DNA of 64,000 bases, taken from assembly GCA_002269645.1 (NCBI GenBank), contig NIVC01000546.1:248001-312000 (forward strand), written 5' to 3'. This DNA is from Macrostomum lignano. Lineage: Eukaryota. Below are positions 26,634 to 40,292 of the stretch, piece after piece. Below the pieces are notes generated by a model. The model made no database searches. It was not told where the DNA came from and saw nothing but the letters and a program-made list of their open reading frames with translations. Both the position numbers and the translations under genes were made by a program. How positions within the stretch are numbered: the first letter of the stretch is position 1; each line of letters starts with the position of its first letter.

Positions 26634-29600
26634 ACTGTCTGTGTGTTTACGTGGACTTTTTGGAAGTTCAGTAGCCTCGTTAGCTGGACCACCCGGTGTA
26701 GGTAGATCACTTAGGTGGACCACCAAATAATTTTGTCTCTGGTGGGGTTAAGACGTTGTTAAGGATCTCAAATTAATGTCAGGCGGGTCAAGAAGGGCTC
26801 TAGCAATTTTGGAATGTCTAGCATGGTTTTTTCCAAAGTTATTCGCATTTCAGTTTAGCTGGACCTCCAGCCTGGTCTACCTAAACCGAGCGAGTCTGGT
26901 CCACGTAAACCGAAAAATTTCAGAAAATTTTTCGAAAATTGTCTGTTGGTGTCTGTTTGTGTCTGTTTGTGTATAGCAGTTATTAAGCATAGATTCAATG
27001 CAAAACTGAATTTTTTTACAGATCATTACCTTACGAACAAATGGCTATGTTAACATCATATTATGACCGCTACTGGCTTTAAAACAATATGCGTTCAAAT
27101 TCTTTGACATTCAAGTAGGTACGCAGGTTAATTTAAAATTCTGACAACCTCGTATGCGAAATGAATTTTATATAGTAAACTTTAAACTCCATTTAATTAG
27201 CTCAGTTCCAGCAATTCCGGTATCGTACTCTGAGCACAGACTCACAGAGTAAGACACCAATGTAAAGAAATCCAATTTACTAACCAGATCAAGCGATAAA
27301 GACTCCGAGACAAGAAAGATATTTAAGTGAAGCTTAAATAGTATTCTTCAATGACTTCTCAAGAACTCCCAGTGGTCCTTGATAGCCACACTGTGTAAAT
27401 GCGAATTTCTGAGGCTCTACCATTACACAAGAAGAAAATAGCAACTTCATGAATTAAGTGCTTGCCAATTCTATCCTAAACACTATGGGATATCCTGTTC
27501 TATCCTCCTCCAATTTTGGAAGAAGAAGATCCTAAGCTGCAGCCTTTCAAGTGCAAAGTTGAAGATGCAATTTACCTAATTGAAAAGGACAATTCATACA
27601 TGTACATGCAAAAGATTTGATCAAGAGGACGCAATTAAGAAGGGCCTTTTAACTAGCGATCGGGTCTCTGACTCTCTAGCAAAAGGTCGACTTGATTGCG
27701 GTCCCAGTAAAACTAAGAACGCATTAACAGTCAGCCTAACACTCACTGTCTGTTTGGTCCACGTAAACACATGTGCAGGAGTATAGGGTTGGAACAGACA
27801 GACAGACAGACCTCCCTTTCTATAATTGGCTGGTTAACACTTAGGAGGATAGATCCACCCCAACAATGGGACCGACCGCAGCCAATAGGAAACCCGCAAG
27901 CGTTCTGAAGGTAAGACAGTGGAGAGAGGGATATATAATGTCTAAGCGGGTGGTCCACGTAAACCATGGCGTAGTGAGACCAGACACAGACAGTTTAAAA
28001 GAAAGTACTTATAATCCATACTATACAACTCTAAAGGATTGCAATTGTATAGATTAGAACGGTTTTTTATACTTAATAGGTCTAATGTTAATCCTTACTC
28101 CAAGTTTCATCCATATATAAATTTATTGTGCCAAAAACTGTAATCTACAACCAAGATATGATGACCCGCAAAAAAGGACGCCAAGCCTAAAATAAAAACT
28201 AAAAAAACACCGTCGCAAAAAGCCACTGCGAAATCGAAGAAGCCGCATCGCCTGGTGAAAATCATCAGTCTGCTCGCAAATCCGTCGACACCGAGTCCAG
28301 AAAAGTGAGTTTCGTTTGATGATCTCAAAGTAGCTAGCTGCAAGGCCTGCAACTCAATTGCTGTAGAGAAGCTGGTCCACCTAACCTACAGACACAACTG
28401 AATCAGCTCTCTCAGTCTGTTTGAGGCTTTGGCTCTCAGAAGGTGGTCCACCTAACCTACAGACACAACTCGAACAGATTTCTCTGTCTGTTTAAGGCTC
28501 TGGCTCTCAGAGCCGCCGAGAAAGTTTAGTGCAGAAAATGCTTCAGTTTGTTAGAATGCAATCAGAACAGATTCCTAGAAAGTGAGCTAGTCCAGCATCA
28601 AGGCAGAACATCTGGATGTGTAACGAAAGTCTCTCGGAGACTCCTGGCTCAGATTATCGCCTAGAAGTGCTGTAGAATAGCTGGTCCACCTAACCTACAG
28701 ACACAACTCGAACAGATTTCTCTGTCTGTTTGAGGCTCTGGCTCTCAGAGCCGCCGAGAAAGTTTAGTGCCGAGAATGCTTCAGTTTGTTAGAATGCAAT
28801 CAGAACAGATTCCTAGAAAGTGAGCTAGTCCAGCATCAAGGCAGAACATCTGGATGTGTAACGAGAGGCTCTCGGAGATTCCTGGCTCAGATTATCGCCT
28901 AGAAGTGCTGTGGAGTAGCTGGTCCACGTAACCTACAGACACAACTCGAACAGATTTCTCTGTCTGTTTGAGGCTCTGGCTCTTAGGTGGTCCACATAAC
29001 CTACAGACACAACTGAAGCAGCTCTCTCAGTCTGTTTGAGGCTTTGGCTCTCAGAAGGTGGTCCACCTAACCTACAGACACAACTCGAACAGATTTCTCT
29101 GTCTGTTTGAGGCTCTGGCTCTTAGGTGGTCCACATAACCTATAGACAACTGAAGCAGCTCTCTCAGTCTGTTTGAGCTTTGGCTCTCAGAAGGTGGTTC
29201 ACCTCACCTACAGACACAACTCGAACAGATTTCTCTTTCTGTTTAGGCTCTGGCTCTTAGAGCCGCCGAGAAAGTTTAGTGCAGAAAATGCTTCAGTTTG
29301 TTAGAATGCAATAAGAACAGATTCCTAGAAAGTGAGCTAGTCCAGCATCAAGGCAGAACATCTGGATGTGTAACGAAAGTCTCTCGGAGACTCCTGGCTC
29401 AGATTATCGCCTAGAAGTGCTTTGGAGTATCTGGTCCACCTAACCTACAGACACAACTCGAACAGATTTCTGTCTGTTTGAGGCTCTGGATCTCAGAGCC
29501 GCCGAGAAAGTTTAGTGCCGAGAATGCTTCAGTTTGTTAGAATGCAATCAGAACAGATTCCTAGAAAGTGAGCTAGTCCAGCATCAAGGCAGAACATCTG

Positions 29601-32600
29601 TATGTGTAACGAGAGGCTCTCGGAGATTCCTGGCTCAGATTATCGCCTAGAAGTGCTTTGGAGTAGCTGGTCCACCTAACCTACAGACACAACTCGAACA
29701 GATTTCTCTGTCTGTTTGAGGCTCTGACTCTCAGAGCCGCCGAGAAAGTTTAGTGCCGAGAATGCTTCAGTTTGTTAGAATGCAATCAGAACAGATTCCT
29801 AGAAAGTGAGCTAGTCCAGCATCAAGGTAGAACATCTGGATGTGTAACGAAAGTCTCTCGGAGACTCCTGGCTCAGATTATCGCCTAGAAGTGCTTTGGA
29901 GTAGCTGGTCCACCTAACCTACAGACACAACTCGAACAGATTTCTCTGTCTGTTTGAGGCTCTGGCTCTTAGGTGGTCCACATAACCTACAGACACAACT
30001 GAAGCAGCTCTCTCAGTCTGTTTGAGGCTTTGGCTCTCAGAAGGTGGTCCACCTAACCTACAGACACAACTGAATCAGCTCTCTCAGTCTGTTTGAGGCT
30101 TTGGCTCTCAGAAGGTGGTCCACCTAACCTACAGACACAACTCGAACAGATTTCTGTCTGTTTGAGGCTCTGGCTCTCAGAGCCGCCGAGAAAGTTTAGT
30201 GCAGAAAATGCTTCAGTTTGTTAGAATGCAATCAGAACAGATTCCTAGAAAGTGAGCTAGTCCAGCATCAAGGCAGAACATCTGGATGTGTAACGAAAGT
30301 CTCTCGGAGACTCCTGGCTCAGATTATCGCCTAGAAGTGCTGTAGAATAGCTGGTCCACCTAACCTACAGACACAACTCGAACAGATTTCTCTGTCTGTT
30401 TGAGGCTCTGGCTCTCAGAGCCGCCGAGAAAGTTTAGTGCCGAGAATGCTTCAGTTTGTTAGAATGCAATCAGAACAGATTCCTAGAAAGTGAGCTAGTC
30501 CAGCATCAAGGCAGAACATCTGGATGTGTAACGAGAGGCTCTCGGAGATTCCTGGCTCAGATTATCGCCTAGAAGTGCTGTGGAGTAGCTGGTCCACGTA
30601 ACCTACAGACACAACTCGAACAGATTTCTCTGTCTGTTTGAGGCTCTGGCTCTTAGGTGGTCCACATAACCTACAGACACAACTGAAGCAGCTCTCTCAG
30701 TCTGTTTGAGGCTTTGGCTCTCAGAAGGTGGTCCACCTAACCTACAGACACAACTCGAACAGATTTCTCTGTCTGTTTAGGCTCTGGCTCTTAGAGCCGC
30801 CGAGAAAGTTTAGTGCAGAAAATGCTTCAGTTTGTTAGAATGCAATAAGAACAGATTCCTAGAAAGTGAGCTAGTCCAGCATCAAGGCAGAACATCTGGA
30901 TGTGTAACGAAAGTCTCTCGGAGACTCCTGGCTCAGATTATCGCCTAGAAGTGCTTTGGAGTATCTGGTCCACCTAACCTACAGACACAACTCGAACAGA
31001 TTTCTGTCTGTTTGAGGCTCTGGATCTCAGAGCCGCCGAGAAAGTTTAGTGCCGAGAATGCTTCAGTTTGTTAGAATGCAATCAGAACAGATTCCTAGAA
31101 AGTGAGCTAGTCCAGCATCAAGGCAGAACATCTGGATGTGTAACGAGAGGCTCTCGGAGATTCCTGGCTCAGATTATCGCCTAGAAGTGCTTTGGAGTAG
31201 CTGGTCCACCTAACCTACAGACACAACTCGAACAGATTTCTGTCTGTTTGAGGCTCTGGATCTCAGAGCCGCCGAGAAAGTTTAGTGCCGAGAATGCTTC
31301 AGTTTGTTAGAATGCAATCAGAACAGATTCCTAGAAAGTGAGCTAGTCCAGCATCAAGGCAGAACATCTGGATGTGTAACGAGAGGCTTTTGGAGATTCC
31401 TGGCTCAGATTATCGCCTAGAAGTGCTTTGGAGTAGCTGGTCCACCTAACCTACAGACACAACTCGAACAGATTTCTGTCTGTTTGAGGCTCTGGATCTC
31501 AGAGCCGCCGAGAAAGTTTAGTGCCGAGAATGCTTCAGTTTGTTAGAATGCAATCAGAACAGATTCCTAGAAAGTGAGCCAGTCCAGCATCAAGGCAGAA
31601 CATCTGTATGTGTAACGAGAGGCTCTCGGAGATTCCTGGCTCAGATTATCGCCTAGAAGTGCTTTGGAGTAGCTGGTCCACCTAACCTACAGACACAACT
31701 CGAACAGATTTCTCTGTCTGTTTGAGGCTCTGACTCTCAGAGCCGCCGAGAAAGTTTAGTGCCGAGAATGCTTCAGTTTGTTAGAATGCAATCAGAACAG
31801 ATTCCTAGAAAGTGAGCTAGTCCAGCATCAAGGTAGAACATCTGGATGTGTAACGAAAGTCTCTCGGAGACTCCTGGCTCAGATTATCGCCTAGAAGTGC
31901 TTTGGAGTATCTGGTCCACCTAACCTACAGACACAACTCGAACAGATTTCTCTGTCTGTTTGAGGCTCTGGCTCTTAGGTGGTCCACATAACCTACAGAC
32001 ACAACTGAAGCAGCTCTCTCAGTCTGTTTGAGGCTTTGGCTCTCAGAAGGTGGTCCACCTAACCTACAGACACAACTCGAACAGATTTCTCTGTCTGTTT
32101 GAGGCTCTGGCTCTTAGAGCCGCCGAGAAAGTTTAGTGCAGAAAATGCTTCAGTTTGTTAGAATGCAATCAGAACAGATTCCTAGAAAGTGAGCTAGTCC
32201 AGCATCAAGGCAGAACATCTGGATGTGTAACGAAAGTCTCTCGGAGACTCCTGGCTCAGATTATCGCCTAGAAGTGCTTTGGAGTAGCTGGTCCACCTAA
32301 CCTACAGACACAACTCGAACAGATTTCTCTGTCTGTTTGAGGCTCTGACTCTCAGAGCCGCCGAGAAAGTTTAGTGCCGAGAATGCTTCAGTTTGTTAGA
32401 ATGCAATCAGAACAGATTCCTAGAAAGTGAGCTAGTCCAGCATCAAGGTAGAACATCTGGATGTGTAACGAAAGTCTCTCGGAGACTCCTGGCTCAGATT
32501 ATCGCCTAGAAGTGCTTTGGAGTAGCTGGTCCACCTAACCTACAGACACAACTCGAACAGATTTCTCTGTCTGTTTGAGGCTCTGGCTCTTAGGTGGTCC

Positions 32601-35600
32601 ACATAACCTACAGACACAACTGAAGCAGCTCTCTCAGTCTGTTTGAGGCTTTGGCTCTCAGAAGGTGGTCCACCTAACCTACAGACACAACTCGAACAGA
32701 TTTCTCTGTCTGTTTAGGCTCTGGCTCTTAGAGCCGCCGAGAAAGTTTAGTGCAGAAAATGCTTCAGTTTGTTAGAATGCAATCAGAACAGATTCCTAGA
32801 AAGTGAGCTAGTCCAGCATCAAGGCAGAACATCTGGATGTGTAACGAAAGTCTCTCGGAGACTCCTGGCTCAGATTATCGCCTAGAAGTGCTGTAGAATA
32901 GCTGGTCCACCTAACCTACAGACACAACTCGAACAGATTTCTCTGTCTGTTTGAGGCTCTGGCTCTCAGAGCCGCCGAGAAAGTTTAGTGCCGAGAATGC
33001 TTCAGTTTGTTAGAATGCAGTCAGAACAGATTCCTAGAAAGTGAGCTAGTCCAGCATCAAGGCAGAACATCTGGATGTGTAACGAGAGGCTCTCGGAGAT
33101 TCCTGGCTCAGATTATCGCCTAGAAGTGCTGTGGAGTAGCTGGTCCACGTAACCTACAGACACAACTCGAACAGATTTCTCTGTCTGTTTGAGGCTCTGG
33201 CTCTTAGGTGGTCCACATAACCTACAGACACAACTGAAGCAGCTCTCTCAGTCTGTTTGAGGCTTTGGCTCTCAGAAGGTGGTCCACCTAACCTACAGAC
33301 ACAACTCGAACAGATTTCTCTGTCTGTTTAGGCTCTGGCTCTTAGAGCCGCCGAGAAAGTTTAGTGCAGAAAATGCTTCAGTTTGTTAGAATGCAATAAG
33401 AACAGATTCCTAGAAAGTGAGCTAGTCCAGCATCAAGGCAGAACATCTGGATGTGTAACGAAAGTCTCTCGGAGACTCCTGGCTCAGATTATCGCCTAGA
33501 AGTGCTTTGGAGTATCTGGTCCACCTAACCTACAGACACAACTCGAACAGATTTCTGTCTGTTTGAGGCTCTGGATCTCAGAGCCGCCGAGAAAGTTTAG
33601 TGCCGAGAATGCTTCAGTTTGTTAGAATGCAATCAGAACAGATTCCTAGAAAGTGAGCTAGTCCAGCATCAAGGCAGAACATCTGGATGTGTAACGAGAG
33701 GCTCTTGGAGATTCCTGGCTCAGATTATCGCCTAGAAGTGCTTTGGAGTAGCTGGTCCACCTAACCTACAGACACAACTCGAACAGATTTCTGTCTGTTT
33801 GAGGCTCTGGATCTCAGAGCCGCCGAGAAAGTTTAGTGCCGAGAATGCTTCAGTTTGTTAGAATGCAATCAGAACAGATTCATAGAAAGTGAGCCAGTCC
33901 AGCATCAAGGCAGAACATCTGTATGTGTAACGAGAGGCTCTCGGAGATTCCTGGCTCAGATTATCGCCTAGAAGTGCTTTGGAGTAGCTGGTCCACCTAA
34001 CCTACAGACACAACTCGAACAGATTTCTCTGTCTGTTTGAGGCTCTGACTCTCAGAGCCGCCGAGAAAGTTTAGTGCCGAGAATGCTTCAGTTTGTTAGA
34101 ATGCAATCAGAACAGATTCCTAGAAAGTGAGCTAGTCCAGCATCAAGGTAGAACATCTGGATGTGTAACGAAAGTCTCTCGGAGACTCCTGGCTCAGATT
34201 ATCGCCTAGAAGTGCTTTGGAGTAGCTGGCCCACCTAACCTACAGACACAACTGAAGCAGCTCTCTCAGTCTGTTTGAGGCTTTGGCTCTCAGAAGGTGG
34301 TCCACCTCACCTACAGACACAACTCGAACAGATTTCTCTGTCTGTTTAGGCTCTGGCTCTTAGAGCCGCCGAGAAAGTTTAGTGCCGAGAATGCTTCAGT
34401 TTGTTAGAATGCAATCAGAACAGATTCCTAGAAAGTGAGCTAGTCCAGCATCAAGGCAGAACATCTGGATGTGTAACGAGAGGCTCTTGGAGATTCCTGG
34501 CTCAGATTATCGCCTAGAAGTGCTTTGGAGTAGCTGGTCCACCTAACCTACAGACACAACTCGAACAGATTTCTGTCTGTTTGAGGCTCTGGATCTCAGA
34601 GCCGCCGAGAAAGTTTAGTGCCGAGAATGCTTCAGTTTGTTAGAATGCAATCAGAACAGATTCCTAGAAAGTGAGCCAGTCCAGCATCAAGGCAGAACAT
34701 CTGTTTGTGTAACGAGAGGCTCTCGGAGATTCCTGGCTCAGATTATCGCCTAGAAGTGCTTTGGAGTAGCTGGTCCACCTAACCTACAGACACAACTCGA
34801 ACAGATTTCTCTGTCTGTTTGAGGCTCTGACTCTCAGAGCCGCCGAGAAAGTTTAGTGCCGAGAATGCTTCAGTTTGTTAGAATGCAATCAGAACAGATT
34901 CCTAGAAAGTGAGCTAGTCCAGCATCAAGGTAGAACATCTGGATGTGTAACGAAAGTCTCTCGGAGACTCCTGGCTCAGATTATCGCCTAGAAGTGCTTT
35001 GGAGTATCTGGTCCACCTAACCTACAGACACAACTCGAACAGATTTCTCTGTCTGTTTGAGGCTCTGGCTCTTAGGTGGTCCACATAACCTACAGACACA
35101 ACTGAAGCAGCTCTCTCAGTCTGTTTGAGGCTTTGGCTCTCAGAAGGTGGTCCACCTAACCTACAGACACAACTCGAACAGATTTCTCTGTCTGTTTGAG
35201 GCTCTGGCTCTTAGAGCCGCCGAGAAAGTTTAGTGCAGAAAATGCTTCAGTTTGTTAGAATGCAATCAGAACAGATTCCTAGAAAGTGAGCTAGTCCAGC
35301 ATCAAGGCAGAACATCTGGATGTGTAACGAAAGTCTCTCGGAGACTCCTGGCTCAGATTATCGCCTAGAAGTGCTTTGGAGTATCTGGTCCACCTAACCT
35401 ACAGACACAACTCGAACAGATTTCTCTGTCTGTTTGAGGCTCTGGCTCTCAGAGCCGCCGAGAAAGTTTAGTGCCGAGAATGCTTCAGTTTGTTAGAATG
35501 CAATCAGAACAGATTCCTAGAAAGTGAGCTAGTCCAGCATCAAGGCAGAACATCTGGATGTGTAACGAGAGGCTCTCGGAGATTCCTGGCTCAGATTATC

Positions 35601-38600
35601 GCCTAGAAGTGCTGTAGAATAGCTGGTCCACCTAACCTACAGACACAACTCGAACAGATTTCTCTGTCTGTTTGAGGCTCCGGCTCTCAGAGCCGCCGAG
35701 AAAGTTTAGTGCCGAGAATGCTTCAGTTTGTTAGAATGCAATCAGAACAGATTCCTAGAAAGTGAGCTAGTCCAGCATCAAGGTAGAACATCTGGATGTG
35801 TAACGAAAGTCTCTCGGAGACTCCTGGCTCAGATTATCGCCTAGAAGTGCTTTGGAGTAGCTGGTCCACCTAACCTACAGACACAACTGAAGCAGCTCTC
35901 TCAGTCTGTTTGAGGCTTTGGCTCTCAGAAGGTGGTCCACCTAACCTACAGACACAACTCGAACAGATTTCTGTCTGTTTGAGGCTCTGGATCTCAGAGC
36001 CGCCGAGAAAGTTTAGTGCCGAGAATGCTTCAGTTTGTTAGAATGCAATCAGAACAGATTCCTAGAAAGTGAGCCAGTCCAGCATCAAGGCAGAACATCT
36101 GTATGTGTAATGAGAGGCTCTCGGAGATTCCTGGCTCAGATTATCGCCTAGAAGTGCTTTGGAGTAGCTGGTCCACCTAACCTACAGACACAACTCGAAC
36201 AGATTTCTCTGTCTGTTTGAGGCTCTGGCTCTTAGGTGGTCCACATAACCTACAGACACAACTGAAGCAGCTCTCTCAGTCTGTTTGAGGCTTTGGCTCT
36301 CAGAAGGTGGTCCACCTAACCTACAGACACAACTCGAACAGATTTCTCTGTCTGTTTGAGGCTCTGGCTCTTAGAGCCGCCGAGAAAGTTTAGTGCAGAA
36401 AATGCTTCAGTTTGTTAGAATGCAATCAGAACAGATTCCTAGAAAGTGAGCTAGTCCAGCATCAAGGCAGAACATCTGGATGTGTAACGAAAGTCTCTCG
36501 GAGACTCCTGGCTCAGATTATCGCCTAGAAGTGCTTTGGAGTATCTGGTCCACCTAACCTACAGACACAACTCGAACAGATTTCTGTCTGTTTGAGGCTC
36601 TGGATCTCAGAGCCGCCGAGAAAGTTTAGTGCCGAGAATGCTTCAGTTTGTTAGAATGCAATCAGAACAGATTCCTAGAAAGTGAGCTAGTCCAGCATCA
36701 AGGCAGAACATCTGTATGTGTAATGAGAGGCTCTCGGAGATTCCTGGCTCAGATTATCGCCTAGAAGTGCTTTGGAGTAGCTGGCCCACCTAACCTACAG
36801 ACACAACTCGAACAGATTTCTCTGTCTGTTTGAGGCTCTGGCTCTTAGGTGGTCCACATAACCTACAGACACAACTGAAGCAGCTCTCTCAGTCTGTTTG
36901 AGGCTTTGGCTCTCAGAAGGTGGTCCACCTAGCCTACAGACACAACTCGAACAGATTTCTTTGTCTGTTTGAGGCTCTGGCTCTTAGAGCCGCCGAGAAA
37001 GTTTAGTGCCGAGAATGCTTCAGTTTGTTAGAATGCAATCAGAACAGATTCCTAGAAAGTGAGCTAGTCCAGCATCAAGGTAGAACATCTGGATGTGTAA
37101 CGAGAGGCTCTCGGAGATTCCTGGCTCAGATTATCGCCTAGAAGTGCTTTGGAGTAGCTGGTCCACCTAACCTACAGACACAACTCGAACAGATTTCTCT
37201 GTCTGTTTGAGGCTCTGGCTCTCAGAGCCGCCGAGAAAGTTTAGTGCCGAGAATGCTTCAGTTTGTTAGAATGCAATCAGAACAGATTCCTAGAAAGTGA
37301 GCCAGTCCAGCATCAAGGCAGAACATCTGTATGTGTAATGAGAGGCTCTCGGAGATTCCTGGCTCAGATTATCGCCTAGAAGTGCTTTGGAGTAGCTGGT
37401 CCACCTAACCTACAGACACAACTCGAACAGATTTCTCTGTCTGTTTGAGGCTCTGGCTCTTAGGTGGTCCACATAACCTACAGACACAACTGAAGCAGCT
37501 CTCTCAGTCTGTTTGAGGCTTTGGCTCTCAGAAGGTGGTCCACCTAACCTACAGACACAACTCGAACAGATTTCTCTGTCTGTTTGAGGCTCTGGCTCTT
37601 AGAGCCGCCGAGAAAGTTTAGTGCAGAAAATGCTTCAGTTTGTTAGAATGCAATCAGAACAGATTCCTAGAAAGTGAGCTAGTCCAGCATCAAGGCAGAA
37701 CATCTGGATGTGTAACGAAAGTCTCTCGGAGACTCCTGGCTCAGATTATCGCCTAGAAGTGCTTTGGAGTATCTGGTCCACCTAACCTACAGACACAACT
37801 CGAACAGATTTCTGTCTGTTTGAGGCTCTGGATCTCAGAGCCGCCGAGAAAGTTTAGTGCCGAGAATGCTTCAGTTTGTTAGAATGCAATCAGAACAGAT
37901 TCCTAGAAAGTGAGCTAGTCCAGCATCAAGGCAGAACATCTGTATGTGTAATGAGAGGCTCTCGGAGATTCCTGGCTCAGATTATCGCCTAGAAGTGCTT
38001 TGGAGTAGCTGGCCCACCTAACCTACAGACACAACTCGAACAGATTTCTCTGTCTGTTTGAGGCTCTGGCTCTTAGGTGGTCCACATAACCTACAGACAC
38101 AACTGAAGCAGCTCTCTCAGTCTGTTTGAGGCTTTGGCTCTCAGAAGGTGGTCCACCTAGCCTACAGACACAACTCGAACAGATTTCTTTGTCTGTTTGA
38201 GGCTCTGGCTCTTAGAGCCGCCGAGAAAGTTTAGTGCCGAGAATGCTTCAGTTTGTTAGAATGCAATCAGAACAGATTCCTAGAAAGTGAGCTAGTCCAG
38301 CATCAAGGTAGAACATCTGGATGTGTAACGAGAGGCTCTCGGAGATTCCTGGCTCAGATTATCGCCTAGAAGTGCTTTGGAGTAGCTGGTCCACCTAACC
38401 TACAGACACAACTCGAACAGATTTCTCTGTCTGTTTGAGGCTCTGGCTCTCAGAGCCGCCGAGAAAGTTTAGTGCCGAGAATGCTTCAGTTTGTTAGAAT
38501 GCAATCAGAACAGATTCCTAGAAAGTGAGCTAGTCCAGCATCAAGGCAGAACATCTGGATGTGTAACGAGAGGCTCTCGGAGATTCCTGGCTCAGATTAT

Positions 38601-40085
38601 CGCCTAGAAGTGCTTTGGAGTAGCTGGTCCACCTAACCTACAGACACAACTCGAACAGATTTCTCTGTCTGTTTGAGGCTCTGGCTCTTAGGTGGTCCAC
38701 ATAACCTACAGACACAACTGAAGCAGCTCTCTCAGTCTGTTTGAGGCTTTGGCTCTCAGAAGGTGGTCCACCTAACCTACAGACACAACTCGAACAGATT
38801 TCTCTGTCTGTTTGAGGCTCTGGCTCTTAGGTGGTCCACATAACCTATAGACAACTGAAGCAGCTCTCTCAGTCTGTTTGAGCTTTGGCTCTCAGAAGGT
38901 GGTTCACCTCACCTACAGACACAACTCGAACAGATTTCTCTTTCTGTTTGAGGCTCTGGCTCTCAGGTGGTCCACATAACCTACAGACACAACTGGAACA
39001 GATTTCTGCGTCTGTTTGATTATCAGTTAATTTTATTTTCTACCTTTGTAGGAGCCTGTGGTTGATTTTGTTCGCCTGAGCTCGACGAGACTGACTGCGT
39101 TTCACCGAGATGAAGGTTAAAACGAACTGTAAAAGAAGATTCAAACCACTAATTGACGAGAAATATAGAAAGGTTCATCATAGAGCTGAGCTGACGAAAG
39201 CGGATTCGATGGCTGAGTAAGCTGAAATTCGTGAGAGAGGCAATGACAGATCAATAACAGAAGCGGTCCCGGACCACGGAGGCAGGGAAGGTCCAGGAGA
39301 ATATTTCGTAGAAAAATAAGAAGATTAAGCCATCATCTGCGTGAACGAAAAGATGAAAGTCGGTAAAATGATTGGCTTATCATATGATTGCTCACCAACT
39401 CATTCAGTATAATAGGACTGATGTAGTCAAATCAATTTAATTTCAGTTTTAGTAACTTTTGTCGTTATTAAAAATGCCCTTCAACTTCTTGTAGGCTCGT
39501 ACTCGGATGACCTTTTTAACTAATGGAATCTTACGTTTGTTAACATGTACTTGAAGCATACACTTTGACCTAAATTAGTTTTAATGAGTTTACAGTTAGT
39601 ATTTGATATGATTCTGTATTTATTTTCAAAATGCTTTATTTTCATTCACCTTCTTGTATTCACGCGACGCAACTAACTAATGCGATCGTACATTTGTTTA
39701 ACCCGATTAACCCGATTAATAATGCTAAATAAATTGGTTTGAACTTGGGATATTTTCATTAAATAACGTCGTAACCCTTTTATCTGTTCTTTTTGAGAAT
39801 TTCTGTTTTAATTAGTTCAAAAGAACAGTTTAAAGCAATAAATTTTCTACAACGAAAGAGGTCTAACTTAACCAACTGTTTTTTTGCGGTCCACCTAACC
39901 CGGTCCCCAAAACGTAGTTAGTGAACCACCACAGTTTCCCCGAACTGGCTATTCCGTCAAGTTAACAAAAAGATAACCCTAGCTAGCCTTTCGCGTTGTC
40001 AAAACAGACTCTATTTTTTAACCGGAATTGCGTGGTCCACGTAACGCATTAACATAACTCAGGTCCCGCTAAACACACAGACAGT
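26634..40085. mobile_element. Putative ~13.45-kb non-autonomous TIR (foldback-like) element containing a satellite array
   Basis: Left end ACTGTCTGTGTGTTTACGTGGAC (26634-26656) is inverted relative to right end GTCCCGCTAAACACACAGACAGT (40063-40085), with 16 bp perfect. The GGTCCAC(C/G)TAA motif recurs subterminally, on minus at the left (~26647, ~26712) and on plus elsewhere (~26899, ~27756, ~27952, ~39888, ~40034). No transposase ORF was found. Confidence 0.6.
28372..39018. repeat. 10.6-kb satellite with higher-order structure; monomers of ~236-238, 68 and 71 bp
   Basis: Every monomer starts GGTCCAC(C/A/G)TAACCTACAGACACAAC; monomer starts at 28683, 28921, 28989 and 29060 give 238/68/71 bp. 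There is a 1228-bp block duplication (36241 vs 37469). The ORF track shows no ORF in the array. Confidence 0.97.
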
Positions 40086-40093
40086 CGTAAGAG

Positions 40094-40292
<199 letters not shown>

